A stretch of 64,000 nt of DNA from Candidatus Marinacidobacterales bacterium (GCA_965219415.1 CBDCNP010000002.1:4672001-4736000); one strand, 5' to 3'; positions 1 to 10,887 are shown, counted from the first letter of the stretch. Notes: generated by a model not told the origin, from the letters alone. Made by a program: numbers and translations.

Positions 1-118
1 GTTTCCGCGCGCAAGGCGACGCTGTTGAATCCCACCGAGGAAGACGAGACGGTTCAAGTGCTCCTCCGGCGCCTGTTCGAATCCATCGATACGATGAAGA
101 GCCCGACGGTGATCGATG
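1..118 (+). pseudogene. Fragment of a DUF499-like ATPase, cut by the MITE at 119
   Basis: Translates ARKATLLNPTEEDETVQVLLRRLFESID, resembling the post-Walker-B segment of DUF499 ATPases; continues off the window edge. Confidence 0.5.
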
Positions 119-284
119 GGTGCTTGCGCTGTTTACTGTTGGTGATGTGTACGCATCTCTTTGCAAAAGAGGCGCTTACGCTCCATTTAGCGCGCAGCGA
201 AGGTCACGAGCGATATTGTGGCTGTAACTTAATGCACCGTAATGTCTTAGCGTCACATCACCAACACTTGATGGCGGAAGCACC
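119..284. mobile_element. 166-bp MITE (family A), copy 1
   Basis: Imperfect TIRs GGTGCTTGCGCTGTTTACTGTTGGTGA / TCACCAACACTTGATGGCGGAAGCACC; same length and closely similar sequence in 6 places. Confidence 0.9.
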
Positions 285-343
285 AAACGAGGAGAAACAG
301 ATAGGCCGCGCCGACGGAGCACCGCGCCAGCCTTCGACCTTAC
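285..343 (+). ncRNA. Group II intron 3' end (domain VI) remnant
   Basis: GAAACAGATAGGCC...ACCGCGCCAGCCTTCGACCTTAC; near-identical to 23095-23153 and typical of a long bacterial intron DVI ending in AC. Confidence 0.6.
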
Positions 344-367
344 CGGGAGTCTTGACGGGAAAAAATT

Positions 368-2542
368 TCACTCAGGCTTTTCGAAGACTCGGATCTCGGA
401 GATCGACCACGGTAGCTCGAAGCCGTCTGTCTCGGTGATTCGTATCATCAGTTCCCATACTCGCGGCTCCCTGAGCTCGACGTCTACACTGGCCGACAGA
501 GGATCATACAGAAGTTGGGTGAACAAACGCTCATATACCGCGGCGCGATCAAAGGGTAGCCGAGCCCATGTCCGGTCCTCCAATAGTCCCAGTACCTCGA
601 AGCGCATGGGAAACTGATGGCGGTCGCCGAGCATCATCGAGATTCGCGCCGGTTTCCTGACCGAGGGGAAGGAAACGGCGATGAAGTAATGCTCGCGCTG
701 CATGGTCTCGGTACTCCAGAACGTGGTCGGGTCACCGTCGATGGCCCGCGACGCGCCGCGGAGGTTAGTTCGCGCCTTCCATCCCTCCGGGTCGATTTCC
801 AGCAGTGCCGGCTGCGCATCGGGCAATGGCGTGAACTGCAAACCGGCCGAGCGGTTCAAGCGTAACAGGATGTCACCATCACGAGTGGGGCCACTTCTCG
901 TCCAGCGCGGGTCTGCCCCGACAGACAGGCCGTCATCGGGATGCACCACGACGGTGTCCACCCCGAGTTTTTCCAGAAAGCTCACCGCCTCTTGGTCGGG
1001 GAAGTGAAACAGGCGCCAGCGTAGAAAGTTGTAAGCTGGCGGGAAGTGCCCGGTAAAGCCCTGCACGGTATGTTTCCAGTGAACCGTTGAGTAGTACATA
1101 GGATCGGCGTCGGCGCGCTCGCTCTTGAAGCGAGTGGTCGGAACCTCTGCCACCACTTTGGCGCTGGGGTCTTTCGCAATCCAGCGGTACACCTCGGGAG
1201 TCTCGTCTCCGGTGGGAAGGTGGGCCAGTTGGAGAGGAATGGATAGGTGCTCGAGGAACAAGATCCCTCCAAGCACGACCACGACCGGCTTACCCAGCCT
1301 GTGGCTCAGACGGTCGAGTCCTATCGCCACCATGGGCGCCAATCCCAGAATCAGCAAGATGGAGAGCCGCTCCGGGTAGCGGACACTCCCGAATCCCGGC
1401 ATCCATCGAAAAAACGCGGCATAAGGACCTGGCCCCAGCTTGTGTTCTCCGAGGCGAATCTCGGTGCCGAGACTCAGGAAGAAACCGGCGACAATGAAGA
1501 AAACGAACAGCGGACGGTACCAATTCGGCTTTTCGTCGGGTTTCGAGCTGCATGCGAACAACCCGATAAGCCCAAGCCCCAAAGCGGTGAAGCCCAAGAA
1601 ATGAGCCGCGTTCTCATTGGCCCTGGCAGTTCCTAGCCATTCGGAGTAGAGCAGGTTGCCGGGTAAGACATCGAAATATCGGTCGACAGGCACCGGGTTG
1701 GGTTCCTCGCGGTGAAAACCATATTCGCTGGAGTTCTTCAAATAAGGCACGAAGAAAATCGCTGTCACTAGGATTGCCCAGCCGAGATTCACCGCCAGCG
1801 GGAGTAGTTTCCGCGAGCGCAGGCGATGCCGGACCTGCAGGAGAAGAATCGTCGGGAGACAAACCAGGGGCAGATAAAGTGCCCAATACATACAGCTCAG
1901 GCTTTGAAGCGCGTAAGTGAGCCCTACCCACACGCCCCGTCGAGGGCTCGGGTGTCGGAAGAACCGCAAGAGAGCGTGCAGCAAGAAAGGGAACCACTGG
2001 TTGGAAAGGATCTGAAGGCGGATGAGCTCGTTGATGTTCCAGGTGTGAAACGCGTACAGCATGCCGGCAACGAAGGCAGCGGCGTTGTTTCCCGTCAGTT
2101 CGCGGCAGAGTAGGAACATACCCACGCCAGCCAGTGCCAGGCTGATGAGACTCACAGCGTTGTGGGCGAGAACAGGATTGTTGCTAACCGCCAGCCAAGG
2201 TGCTGCTAGGAGTGAAGGAACGAAGAGATGCTCGGAGAAGGCGAGGCTCTTGGGGTAAGGAAAAAAAACGTTGCCATCGAAGAGTGACAACGGATCTTGC
2301 ACAAGTTGTCGGTTAACCCATGACAAAGCCCAAATGTTGAGTGGAGGGGTGCCGAGTCCGAAGACATGGTTGGTAGCTTGAAATGTCAACGGGTAGGTGG
2401 CGACTATGGCAAGAGCTAGATAAGCCGCGAACAGAGCGAGCCATGCGGCAGAATATTTGAATTTTGAAGTATGGCGAGCCACCTGAGTATGGACCCATAT
2501 CGAAAAGTTCTTGGTGCTATGGGCGATTCGAGATGGTAGCAC
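368..2542 (-). CDS. Multi-pass membrane protein, GT-C/YfhO-like glycosyltransferase with C-terminal discoidin-like domain
   Basis: 724 aa, many TM segments, LFDGNVFFP and VRYPER motifs, C-terminal AIDGDPTTFWS. Confidence 0.7.
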   Translation of the reverse strand: MLPSRIAHSTKNFSIWVHTQVARHTSKFKYSAAWLALFAAYLALAIVATYPLTFQATNHVFGLGTPPLNIWALSWVNRQLVQDPLSLFDGNVFFPYPKSLAFSEHLFVPSLLAAPWLAVSNNPVLAHNAVSLISLALAGVGMFLLCRELTGNNAAAFVAGMLYAFHTWNINELIRLQILSNQWFPFLLHALLRFFRHPSPRRGVWVGLTYALQSLSCMYWALYLPLVCLPTILLLQVRHRLRSRKLLPLAVNLGWAILVTAIFFVPYLKNSSEYGFHREEPNPVPVDRYFDVLPGNLLYSEWLGTARANENAAHFLGFTALGLGLIGLFACSSKPDEKPNWYRPLFVFFIVAGFFLSLGTEIRLGEHKLGPGPYAAFFRWMPGFGSVRYPERLSILLILGLAPMVAIGLDRLSHRLGKPVVVVLGGILFLEHLSIPLQLAHLPTGDETPEVYRWIAKDPSAKVVAEVPTTRFKSERADADPMYYSTVHWKHTVQGFTGHFPPAYNFLRWRLFHFPDQEAVSFLEKLGVDTVVVHPDDGLSVGADPRWTRSGPTRDGDILLRLNRSAGLQFTPLPDAQPALLEIDPEGWKARTNLRGASRAIDGDPTTFWSTETMQREHYFIAVSFPSVRKPARISMMLGDRHQFPMRFEVLGLLEDRTWARLPFDRAAVYERLFTQLLYDPLSASVDVELREPRVWELMIRITETDGFELPWSISEIRVFEKPE

Positions 2543-2631
2543 AATCGATAGGGTTAGAATTTCCCCATAGACGTTTCCTTCGAGCTACATCGCTTGCTCG
2601 TCCTTGAGCCTTTCAGCTATCATGAGCGCCG

Positions 2632-3651
2632 ATGCAAACGACTGGTGCTCGAAGAAGCCGAAAGCTCCTATTCGCAGCCGTGATGGTGCTGATGTTTCTC
2701 GGCTCTGTCGAGATCTTGCTGCGTTTCGTCGGGGTGGATCGCCCGGCTAGTCCTCGTTTGGTCGTCCGGGCTATTGACATCGACATCAGCTATCCCTTCA
2801 TGCGTCCGGACCGCGAGCTCTTCTGGTCACCGATTCCAGGGTTTCGCGGTGAGTTCCTGGCTGAGACGGTAACGATCAACTCAGTGGGGCTCCGGGGCGC
2901 TGAAGTGACCGTCCCCAAGCCGAAGACCAAGAGGCGAATCCTATGCTTCGGTGACTCAATCACCTTCGGCTACGGCGTAAGTGACGATGAGACGTACGCG
3001 TTTCACCTCGGCCAGGCCTTGAACTCCGCACGTATCGAGGTGGTCAATTCCGGAGTTACCGGCTACAGCAGTTATCAGGTTTTGCATCTTCTGCGCCGAA
3101 TCGGGAGGACGCTTGAGGGTGACGTAGCGTTGTTCTTGATTGGGTGGAACGACGCGAATCAGCGGCCAGTCGATGATATGGCTTACGCTCGTCGGGTACA
3201 GCTAGCGATGGCGGTGGAGCCCCTGTCGGACTACTGGTATCTCTACCGTCTGATCAAATCGTTCCATCTTCGCTCCTTCGAGCACGAATGGGAGGAGGCG
3301 CAGTCTCTTGTACCAAGGGCCACCACGAGCGAGTATCGCAAGAACATGGAAGCGATCGTCACCGCTTGTCGGTCCTGGGGAATCGTTCCTGTTTTCATCG
3401 AGCTGCCCCGGCGCAAGCAAGAGGGCGAGGCTGCCTTTCAGTTCGCCTACGCCGACACCTACGCCGACATACTCAAAGATGTTGCCGTCAGGATGAACGT
3501 TCCGATAATAGACCCCGGCGAGCTCGGCCTCGAAACCGCCTTGCCTTCCAACGACCGCTACTTCATCGACACCCTGCACTTCAGCCCCGAGGGTCACACG
3601 TACCTGGCGGAGCGCCTGGCGCGCCAGCTCGCCGAGTTCGGTGTGCTGTAA
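2632..3651 (+). CDS. SGNH/GDSL hydrolase with N-terminal anchor
   Basis: GDSITFG, NSGVTG, GWNDA and DTLH blocks. Confidence 0.9.
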   Translation: MQTTGARRSRKLLFAAVMVLMFLGSVEILLRFVGVDRPASPRLVVRAIDIDISYPFMRPDRELFWSPIPGFRGEFLAETVTINSVGLRGAEVTVPKPKTKRRILCFGDSITFGYGVSDDETYAFHLGQALNSARIEVVNSGVTGYSSYQVLHLLRRIGRTLEGDVALFLIGWNDANQRPVDDMAYARRVQLAMAVEPLSDYWYLYRLIKSFHLRSFEHEWEEAQSLVPRATTSEYRKNMEAIVTACRSWGIVPVFIELPRRKQEGEAAFQFAYADTYADILKDVAVRMNVPIIDPGELGLETALPSNDRYFIDTLHFSPEGHTYLAERLARQLAEFGVL

Positions 3652-3718
3652 TCGGGAAAGCTCATCGCGCATGAATTACTTCACCCGCAAGGTCAAGGCG
3701 ATCAACCCGCCGTGAGGT

Positions 3719-4192
3719 GGTGTTGTTGCACAGCGCGGAGCAAATGGCTGACCTCCCTGTGCCGGTCGCCGAGTCACCCGGCGCAGTACGTATCGGGCAT
3801 GCCGAGCGCGGTCATCTTGTTAAGTATCTCGCACCCAATCCGGTGTTCAACTCGTTGCCTCGCCAACGTTCGAGCCCGCATCTCGGACCCGATGATCGCT
3901 TTGTAACGATAGACCGCGTTCTCCACCATGCTTCGCTCCGTGCAGCCTGAGAGCCTTGTACATTCACGTCGGCCGTGTCTTTTAATGGCACGAATATGGC
4001 GATCGTGCTCCTGCATGGCGGTGTTCGAATTCTGACTGAGCGTGGCGTTTCGTTGCGGCGGAATCACCACGCGTGTCCTTCGCCCAGGGCTGTGCGCTTC
4101 GATGGCTTCGTAGACCTGTGCTCCGAAAATAGTCGATCCAGCGTTGATTGCGCAGTTTAGACCTGTCATGTTCGGCTGTTTCTTGTCGCCAC
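3719..4192 (-). pseudogene. IS5 (IS903-like) transposase 3' remnant with terminal repeat
   Basis: RSMVENAVYRYKAIIG...LNKMTALGMP; end GGTGTTGTTGCACA at 3719. Confidence 0.8.
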
Positions 4193-4750
4193 CCGTCCTG
4201 TCCAAAAACACAAACGAACTCAAGACTGGCGCGCCGGGCCGTTTCGATCGTCATCGCCCCGTGGCGAGCCCCAGATCTGGGGCGTGTCGGAGGCGATGTC
4301 GGCGATTCGGGTTCCCCGTACGCGCAGGGAAAACACCGTCCAGCAACGGGATGTCACGATCCCGGGCGGAGACCTGGATCCAGGCCCGGGCCGCACCTGG
4401 ACCAGAACGTGCTAGCCCGCTACGCCGCGGTAACCCCGGCCTCGATTCTGGAGGCATCGGGTGGCCTCTTTTTTGGCCGCCGTACGGCACCGCCAGAGTC
4501 CGCTCTCCCGTTTAGCCCAAACTTGGCACTCGAAAATCGGGATTAGAGACGAAAACCGAGAATGAGCCCCTTTCCGCCCTTTTAGCGGGTCTCTAGTGCC
4601 CGTGAGGTCAAAATACTCATGCGGCTTCCCGATGGTAGAAACGTAGCAGCCCGCCAAGCCGTTCACGGGAGCGCACCTTGCGCTCGGACTGAGGTAACTG
4701 GTCGCTGGCTGGGAACAGCAGCAGATTCTCCTTGCCTTGATGATTCCTCT
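4193..4750. mobile_element. Stack of integrase-element termini (F end 4193, shared H segment, E end 4600)
   Basis: CCGTCCTGTCCAAAAACAC recurs at 10889 and 11822; CCGTGAGGTCAAAATACTC recurs at 10741, 11888, 13250 and 36043; H segment recurs near 19560 and 32720. Confidence 0.75.
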
Positions 4751-4916
4751 GGTGCTTGCGCTGTTTGCTGTTGGTGATGTGTACGTATCCCTTTGCAAAA
4801 AAAGCGCTTACGCTCCATTTAGCGCGCGGCGAAGGTCGTGAGCGCTATTTTGGCTGTAATTTAATGCAGCGTAAAGTCTTAGCGTCATCTCACCAACACT
4901 TAATGGCGGAAGCACC
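4751..4916. mobile_element. 166-bp MITE (family A), copy 2
   Basis: Same TIRs and length as 119-284. Confidence 0.9.
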
Positions 4917-5111
4917 ATGAAAAGTCGGTACGTGACACAGCCATCCAAACGGCATTTGCCGCGACGCCCCGCCTGAAGTCCAGCGATCGCCGCGCCCACC
5001 ACCGAGAATGACGGATTGAGCGCTTTCGGGCGCATGTCGATGGTACCTACCACGAAGAAACGTAGCAATCGGGCCGTGATAGGATAGGCGTCGTAAAGGA
5101 ACTGGTCGGTC

Positions 5112-5879
5112 GTGCTTTCGTTTGGGCCAAAGGTCTGGGTAGTGACACTGATGACGGTTGCTGCCGCCTACATTGGAGTCGTTGGGTGGAGCGTCCGCCC
5201 GCTCCCTCTTCCGCTTGAGCTTCGCTTCTCCGAAGCCATGCCCCGCCCGGTTAGCTTGAGCGGTTTTTCCAGTGCTGAGCCTTGGGGTCGCTGGTCGACG
5301 AGCAAAGAGGCCTCGGTCAGCTTCATGGGGAGGCTTCCAGGCAGCTTTTCGCTGATTCTCACCGCGAAAGCCTTTGGACCCAACGCCAGCGAACCGATTG
5401 GAGTCACGGTTGGGGACGCGTACCAGGTGTTACCTCTATCGGCAGAGCTGGAACGGCACGAGATCTTCTTCGAAGAGATCGGCGCCTCTCGAAGTGTTCA
5501 CTTCACTGTTCCTCACCCGATAAGCCCACGAGAGCTCCAGGGAGGCGACGATTCGCGTTTACTGGGCCTGGGCATGGCCTCGATGGAGATCGTCCCGCTC
5601 TCCCCGGCCGATAGAGATCATGGTTGCCGTCACGGCGCAGCCTGCCGCTCCTACAGAAAAGGCTTCCGATTACGAGAAAAACCGTACGCTCTTTCTTTCC
5701 CTGCTGTTGCTGGCTACCGTGGCTCCTCTGGTTCTCATGCCGCTCTTGGCAAGGGTCACGCCTGCCTCTACCAGTATCGAGTCGGTTACCAACCTGTTGA
5801 TCTTCCTGGGCGCCAACGGTCACGTCGCGACGACTTTATTCTTCTATACCGACAGACCGCTGAAGAGCTACATGCGTGA
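5112..5879 (+). CDS. Membrane-anchored protein with beta-sandwich domain like the OpgB C-terminus; 3' part overlapping the next gene is probably spurious
   Basis: TM helix, then SGFSSAEPWGRWS...DSRLLGLG. Confidence 0.55.
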   Translation: MLSFGPKVWVVTLMTVAAAYIGVVGWSVRPLPLPLELRFSEAMPRPVSLSGFSSAEPWGRWSTSKEASVSFMGRLPGSFSLILTAKAFGPNASEPIGVTVGDAYQVLPLSAELERHEIFFEEIGASRSVHFTVPHPISPRELQGGDDSRLLGLGMASMEIVPLSPADRDHGCRHGAACRSYRKGFRLREKPYALSFPAVAGYRGSSGSHAALGKGHACLYQYRVGYQPVDLPGRQRSRRDDFILLYRQTAEELHA

Positions 5880-6660
5880 ACATCGCGGTCGCTATTTGGT
5901 GGCGCCTCTGACTCTGGTTCTGGTCACCGGTCTCCTCTATCACTCGCTGGGTGTCGCCTATACCTCTTACATTCTGCTCTATTATTTCTCCTGGCAGACC
6001 TACCACTACATGCGGCAGAACTACGGGATCCTTGCCTTTGTTTCGGCCGCGACCGACACGGTGCGACTGCACTGGCTGGAGAAAGTGATACTGAATCTGG
6101 GAGTGATTGCAGGGATTCTGGGGATGGTGCGATTGATGGGGCTTCAGGAAGGAACCGTTCTGGAAGGTTCAGAGGTCCTTCTCTACTACACCGGGCTCGC
6201 CGTCTATCTCGTCCTGCCTTTGTTCGTGATAGGCGTGCTCGTTTCCAATCCAGCCATTATCAGGTCACCGGCTCGACTCGGGGGTCTGCTTCTCTGTGCT
6301 CTCTTCTATCTACCCACGTTCTTGTTCCGCGACATGCCCTCTGCCATATTGAGCTACGCGCTGGCGCATGGATTCCAGTATTTCGTGTTCATGTATTTCG
6401 TGAGCGGCAACCGTCGGCAGGGAAGGGCTCTCGGGCGGGTAGCCACCGTTGCGCTTCTGGCGTTGATTGGCGGCGGAGTGCTGATGTTGATGAGTGACGA
6501 GCTCATCTGGGGTGGCGGCGGTCGTTTCGTTTTTGGCTGCTACCTGGGCCTAGTGATGTCTCACTTCGTGGTCGATGCCGGCGTATGGCGGTTGAGCGGC
6601 TCGTTTCAAAGGCAGTATCTATCCGAGCCTTTCGATTTCATTCTTGCCCGGCCGCGGTAA
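5620..6660 (+). CDS. Multi-pass membrane protein with conserved His motifs
   Basis: 346 aa hydrophobic; GHVATT, WQTYHY..QNYG, HGFQY, HFVVDAGVW. Confidence 0.75.
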   Translation: MVAVTAQPAAPTEKASDYEKNRTLFLSLLLLATVAPLVLMPLLARVTPASTSIESVTNLLIFLGANGHVATTLFFYTDRPLKSYMREHRGRYLVAPLTLVLVTGLLYHSLGVAYTSYILLYYFSWQTYHYMRQNYGILAFVSAATDTVRLHWLEKVILNLGVIAGILGMVRLMGLQEGTVLEGSEVLLYYTGLAVYLVLPLFVIGVLVSNPAIIRSPARLGGLLLCALFYLPTFLFRDMPSAILSYALAHGFQYFVFMYFVSGNRRQGRALGRVATVALLALIGGGVLMLMSDELIWGGGGRFVFGCYLGLVMSHFVVDAGVWRLSGSFQRQYLSEPFDFILARPR

Positions 6661-6759
6661 ATCAAGTCACGTAATCGCGTTGCCGGCGGGCTTCGGCGAC
6701 ATGCGCTCGGTTGCGCCACAACCACCACCTCACGCAAAAAACACTCGACCGTCCTCGCA

Positions 6760-7035
6760 GACAGAGGAGATGATCCGGACGCCTCGCCACCGGCGCGACG
6801 CGGTAATGAGCGTGGCGTACATAAGGTCAGGGACGACGTCTCAGAAGGAGACCGCGGGATCACCTTGGAGCGACGCTGGCCCTCGCCGTAAAGTCGTTCG
6901 AGTCGATTGGTGGTTCGGATGTGCTTGTGATGTCCCGTGGGAAAGCGAAGATAGATGACGGTCTCCTTGAGGTCCTTCTCCAGACACTGGATGGCGGAGG
7001 GGTAACGATCTCGGAAACGCGCGACCAGAGAGCGG
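6760..7035 (-). pseudogene. IS256-family transposase fragment
   Basis: Minus strand reads RYPSAIQCLEKDLKETVIYLRFPTGHHKHIRTTNRLERLYGEGQRRSKVIP. Confidence 0.8.
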
Positions 7036-7175
7036 CCGAGTTTCAGTGAATTTGCTCTGGAAGAACAGGAGAATAGAGATAAGCGAACAGGGGAAATATT
7101 ACGTACAGCACATAACGGGTTCCATTGGAACCATCGCGGGCACAGCTAGCTTTTCGTCAAACTTGGCAGTACCCG

Positions 7176-7796
7176 TCAGGGAGTTGGAACAGGATCGCGT
7201 TCAACGGCAGCATGATAGACCTTAATGCCGAGTTCACGGGCGTCGCGCGAGCCCACGATCAGATTCGCTGGCACGAACGTCCGGTCCACAGTGATCTGAA
7301 TCTCGGCCCTATCCCCATTTCCCAGCACTGCGGCGGGGAGGAGAATACGGCGGCAGCGGCGGCGGCCAGAAGCATCGGTGACGAATGACTGCAGCAGTTG
7401 GCCGCCGACGCTGACCGTGACCGTCTGCTTCGCGCGTGCGGCGTAGTCGAGGGAGAACGTCGCGTCCGCTTTCGGGTTCAAAAACGACAGTGTGGCGGCC
7501 TGATGGGTCCATCGCCCCGGCGTTTCGCCTCCTGTTTCCTTCGGGTACCAGCCGCTGGTGTAGGTCAGTACAATAATTAAGGGGAGGCGTCTTTTGTCCT
7601 CGGTCGTGACCAGCCAACCATCGTACTCGGCGTAGGCACAACACCTCGCGATGACCGGATGTTCTTCGCCGGGCGTTTGCGGCCAACGCCTAAACCCCCA
7701 GAGTCCCCAGACGAGCGAAGCGGAAGCGGCACCACCGCCGAACCCCATCACGAATGTCCGTCGTGAGATGCGGCGTGTCATGTCAGGCATCTTCAC
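7176..7796 (-). CDS. Tat-signal exported hypothetical protein
   Basis: SRRTFVMG twin-arginine motif; coupled to the upstream oxidoreductase. Confidence 0.7.
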   Translation of the reverse strand: MKMPDMTRRISRRTFVMGFGGGAASASLVWGLWGFRRWPQTPGEEHPVIARCCAYAEYDGWLVTTEDKRRLPLIIVLTYTSGWYPKETGGETPGRWTHQAATLSFLNPKADATFSLDYAARAKQTVTVSVGGQLLQSFVTDASGRRRCRRILLPAAVLGNGDRAEIQITVDRTFVPANLIVGSRDARELGIKVYHAAVERDPVPTP

Positions 7797-9181
7797 CGTG
7801 ACGTCGCGAGAGTGTCAGCCAGTCGCAGAGACAACGCGACAATCGTCAGCGTCGGGTTCGCGTACCCGCCGGTGGGAAACACGGACGAGCCAGCGACGAA
7901 CAGGTTGCGGTACCCGTGCACCCGGCAGTCTCGATCGACCACCGAAGTCGACCGACTCGTGCCCATTCTGGTCGTTCCCATGATGTGCCCGCCACCGTCC
8001 GCCCGCCGGTATAGGACATTATTGTGAATGCGTACCCGGCCCTTCTTCGACTCTATCAGCAATTCTCCGAGGAGCCGCAGCGTCGTCTCCGCGTTGAGGA
8101 AGTCCCCGGCGTTGAAGACACATCGGACGCTGGGCCGGTAGAACCCCGCGGCGTCGCGTTCCCCGGTCAGCAACACACGGTTACTGGCAGAGGGCAACAT
8201 TTCAGATCGTACCGAGCTGGTGTAGTGATAGAAGGGCTTCCCGTACTCCCTGGAGAGATACTCGACCATTGGATGATCGGTAGTTTGGTCTTGACAGTCC
8301 ACACTGCACCCGAATAACCCGTGCTGCATCGTCAGGGCATTGTCCGGCACCATCGCATGGGTGATTCCCCCAAAGGCAGCGGGCCTGGGTTGCCGGTTCA
8401 GGTCTTCGTCAAGCACGAGTTCGGCCACTCCAATGAAATGCGGATGCTCCATCAGGAACTTCCCCGCCTGGTCGCTCTCGTTGCCGACCGGAACCGCACC
8501 GTCCGATCGAGGCTGAAGTAGCAGTTGCGCGTTGCTGATGCCGCCGCCCGCGAGGACGACCGGCTGTGCGGGATGGATGGCAAGCTGGTGCGTGGTGCCC
8601 GAAGAATGATGACAATACGTCAGCGTCCGTACCGCGGAGCGCGACGTATCGGCGTCGAGGCCAACCACCGAGAATCCGAGCGCAACGTGAATCGTCGAGG
8701 ACTTCTCCAGTACATCGAGATACTTGAGGCCGAGGCGGGTCGGAGTAGCTCTTGAGAACGGTCGGTAGACGAACCCGGGCACCAGGGGTGTCTCGACATC
8801 GACGATAGAGGTGTCTCGGTCCAAGACTTCAGTCGCGCGCCGATAGTACGGCACCAACTCGGGGCGAGTAATCGGCCAGCGAACGCCGACGGCCGGGTTA
8901 TCGAAATCCCGTTCCGTCAGCGTGATACACCAGCCCGTCCAAACCTTTGAGGTGCCACCGAGTGTGCGGATAGAGTGTTGATCCCACCAGCCGTCTGGGA
9001 GGTGTCCTTGGTTGATGGCGTTTGGCATGTCGGCCCGAGCATCCGTTGCAGTGCCGGACTCAAAGACCAGCACCTTCTTATTTTTCTTGGCCAGCTCCAG
9101 GGCGAGCGTGATGCCCGCCGGGCCAGAGCCGATTACATAGCAGTCGTACCCCGGGCGGATCGTGCCGGAAGTAATCCACAT
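7793..9181 (-). CDS. GMC-family FAD oxidoreductase
   Basis: GSGPAG Rossmann motif, LGGTS, HIMGTTRMG, NPTLTIVAL. Confidence 0.92.
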   Translation of the reverse strand: MWITSGTIRPGYDCYVIGSGPAGITLALELAKKNKKVLVFESGTATDARADMPNAINQGHLPDGWWDQHSIRTLGGTSKVWTGWCITLTERDFDNPAVGVRWPITRPELVPYYRRATEVLDRDTSIVDVETPLVPGFVYRPFSRATPTRLGLKYLDVLEKSSTIHVALGFSVVGLDADTSRSAVRTLTYCHHSSGTTHQLAIHPAQPVVLAGGGISNAQLLLQPRSDGAVPVGNESDQAGKFLMEHPHFIGVAELVLDEDLNRQPRPAAFGGITHAMVPDNALTMQHGLFGCSVDCQDQTTDHPMVEYLSREYGKPFYHYTSSVRSEMLPSASNRVLLTGERDAAGFYRPSVRCVFNAGDFLNAETTLRLLGELLIESKKGRVRIHNNVLYRRADGGGHIMGTTRMGTSRSTSVVDRDCRVHGYRNLFVAGSSVFPTGGYANPTLTIVALSLRLADTLATSR

Positions 9182-9661
9182 TGCGCCAGGCAGAATACAC
9201 TACGGTGAACCTTCACGCCATAAACCTGTGCTCCGCAATAAGTTGATCCAGCTTTGATTGTGGGTTTTAGACTGCCATGCTCGGCTGGTTCGTGCCGGTC
9301 GACCTGGCTCTGCCAAATCTGTCTTAGCAACGCTGCCCAAGTGGAGCGGAGAAGCGCCCGGGGGCGCGGTCCCTGGGGTCGCCTTACCCGAAGCCAGTGA
9401 ATTTGAGATAATCGAACAGGGAATTGAGATGACCGATCAGGCAGTGTCACGCGCAGCACGTGACGGGTTCAGTTGATGGCAGAAGCACCTCGAGCCGCTC
9501 CCAAAAAGGTCATTGCGCTCGAAGGATGTCGGACCGCCCGCGCCGGACGAATGGTCGAGAGCGTCCGAGACCTTTCCGAGCCGTAGCAACCGATCTCGAT
9601 AAGGGCGAGGATTCCCCTGAGAACAGTTAGATTCAGCGGCGACTATACTGCCCCCCGTTTC

Positions 9662-10135
9662 GTGGCGGTGTTTCTCCTCCTCGGCACTGGACTGGGTCTT
9701 TGTTTCCACTACGTCATTGCCGGCCACTACGCTGGTGCCGCCTGGCCGCTGAGCGGCTTCGGGGAACGTCCCGATCTCGTCGTCAACGATTACGTCCGAC
9801 CGCTGGGTATCAGCAGCAAGCTGGCGCCCTTCGACAACATCAGAGCCTACCTCCCCTTCGAAGCCGTGCCCTACGGTCCGTTCGGCCTGCTTGTTTACGC
9901 TGGTCTGGCGCAACTCCCCATGGCCTGGGCGACGGTTCTGTATCTGGGCGGCTTCCTGTTGTTTTTTTTCTTTCTCGTCGACCGGAGCCTCGACGGCTTG
10001 GAGCTACCCGAGCGCTTTTTGATCGCCATCCCCCTGGTTTTCTGCAGCTATCCGGTGTTGTTTCTCCTGGACCGGGGGAACGCCGACGGATGGGTCTTTG
10101 TCTGGATTTATCTTGCCCTGACCGGCTACCAGTGG
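9662..10135 (+). pseudogene. GT87/DUF2029-like glycosyltransferase N-terminus truncated by MITE
   Basis: PYGPFGLL and FLLDRGNAD motifs; interrupted at 10136. Confidence 0.6.
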
Positions 10136-10301
10136 GGTGCTTCCGCTGTTTACTGTTGGTGATGTGTACGCATCTCTTTGCAAAAGGGGCACTTACGCTC
10201 CATTTAGCGCGCGGCGAAGGTCACAAGCGCTATTCTGACTGTAACTTAATACACCGTAAAGTCTTAGCGTCATCTCACCAACACTTGATGGCGGAAGCAC
10301 C
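10136..10301. mobile_element. 166-bp MITE (family A), copy 3
   Basis: Same TIRs and length. Confidence 0.9.
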
Positions 10302-10887
10302 CCAAGGAGAACAAGTCCTGGGGCTACGACCGGATTGCCGGGGCGCTAGCCAACCTCGGGCATGAAGTGGCCGACCAAACCATCGGTAACATTCTGAAAC
10401 GCCCCGGCATTCCGCTCGCACCAGAGCGTCGGAAGACCACGACGTGGAGGGAGTTCATCCGCTCGCACATGGACGTGCTCGCGGCGACAGATTTCTTCAC
10501 CACGCAAGTGTGGACTCAGGGCGGGTTGGTGACGTACTACGTTCTGTTCTTCATGCACCTGGCTACCCGTCGAGTCCACGTCGCCGGCATCACGCCGCAT
10601 CCGAACGAACAGTGGATGACTCAAGTGGCTCGCAACGTGACCATGGCAGATGTCGGCTTTCTGTCCTCGAGCCGATACCTCATTCACGACCGGGACTCGA
10701 AGTTCTGCGAGTCGTTCCACCGGACCATCGAGGCGGTTGGCCGTGAGGTCAAAATACTCATGCGGCTTCCCGATGGTAGAAACGTAGCAGCCCGCCAAGC
10801 CGTTCACGGGAGCGCACCTTGTGCTCGGACTTGAGGTAACTGTTCGCTGGCTGGGAACAGCAGTAGATTCTCCTTGCCTTGATGATT
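10302..10887 (+). pseudogene. Integrase-core transposase internal fragment followed by an E end
   Basis: WGYDRIAGAL...AATDFFT...LIHDRDSKF; E terminus at 10741. Confidence 0.8.

Noticed and set aside
25-438. Recurring CLRCLLLVMCT and LCIVKTAPPTK ORF families
   Set aside because: Translations of MITE A and element D ends, not supported as genes
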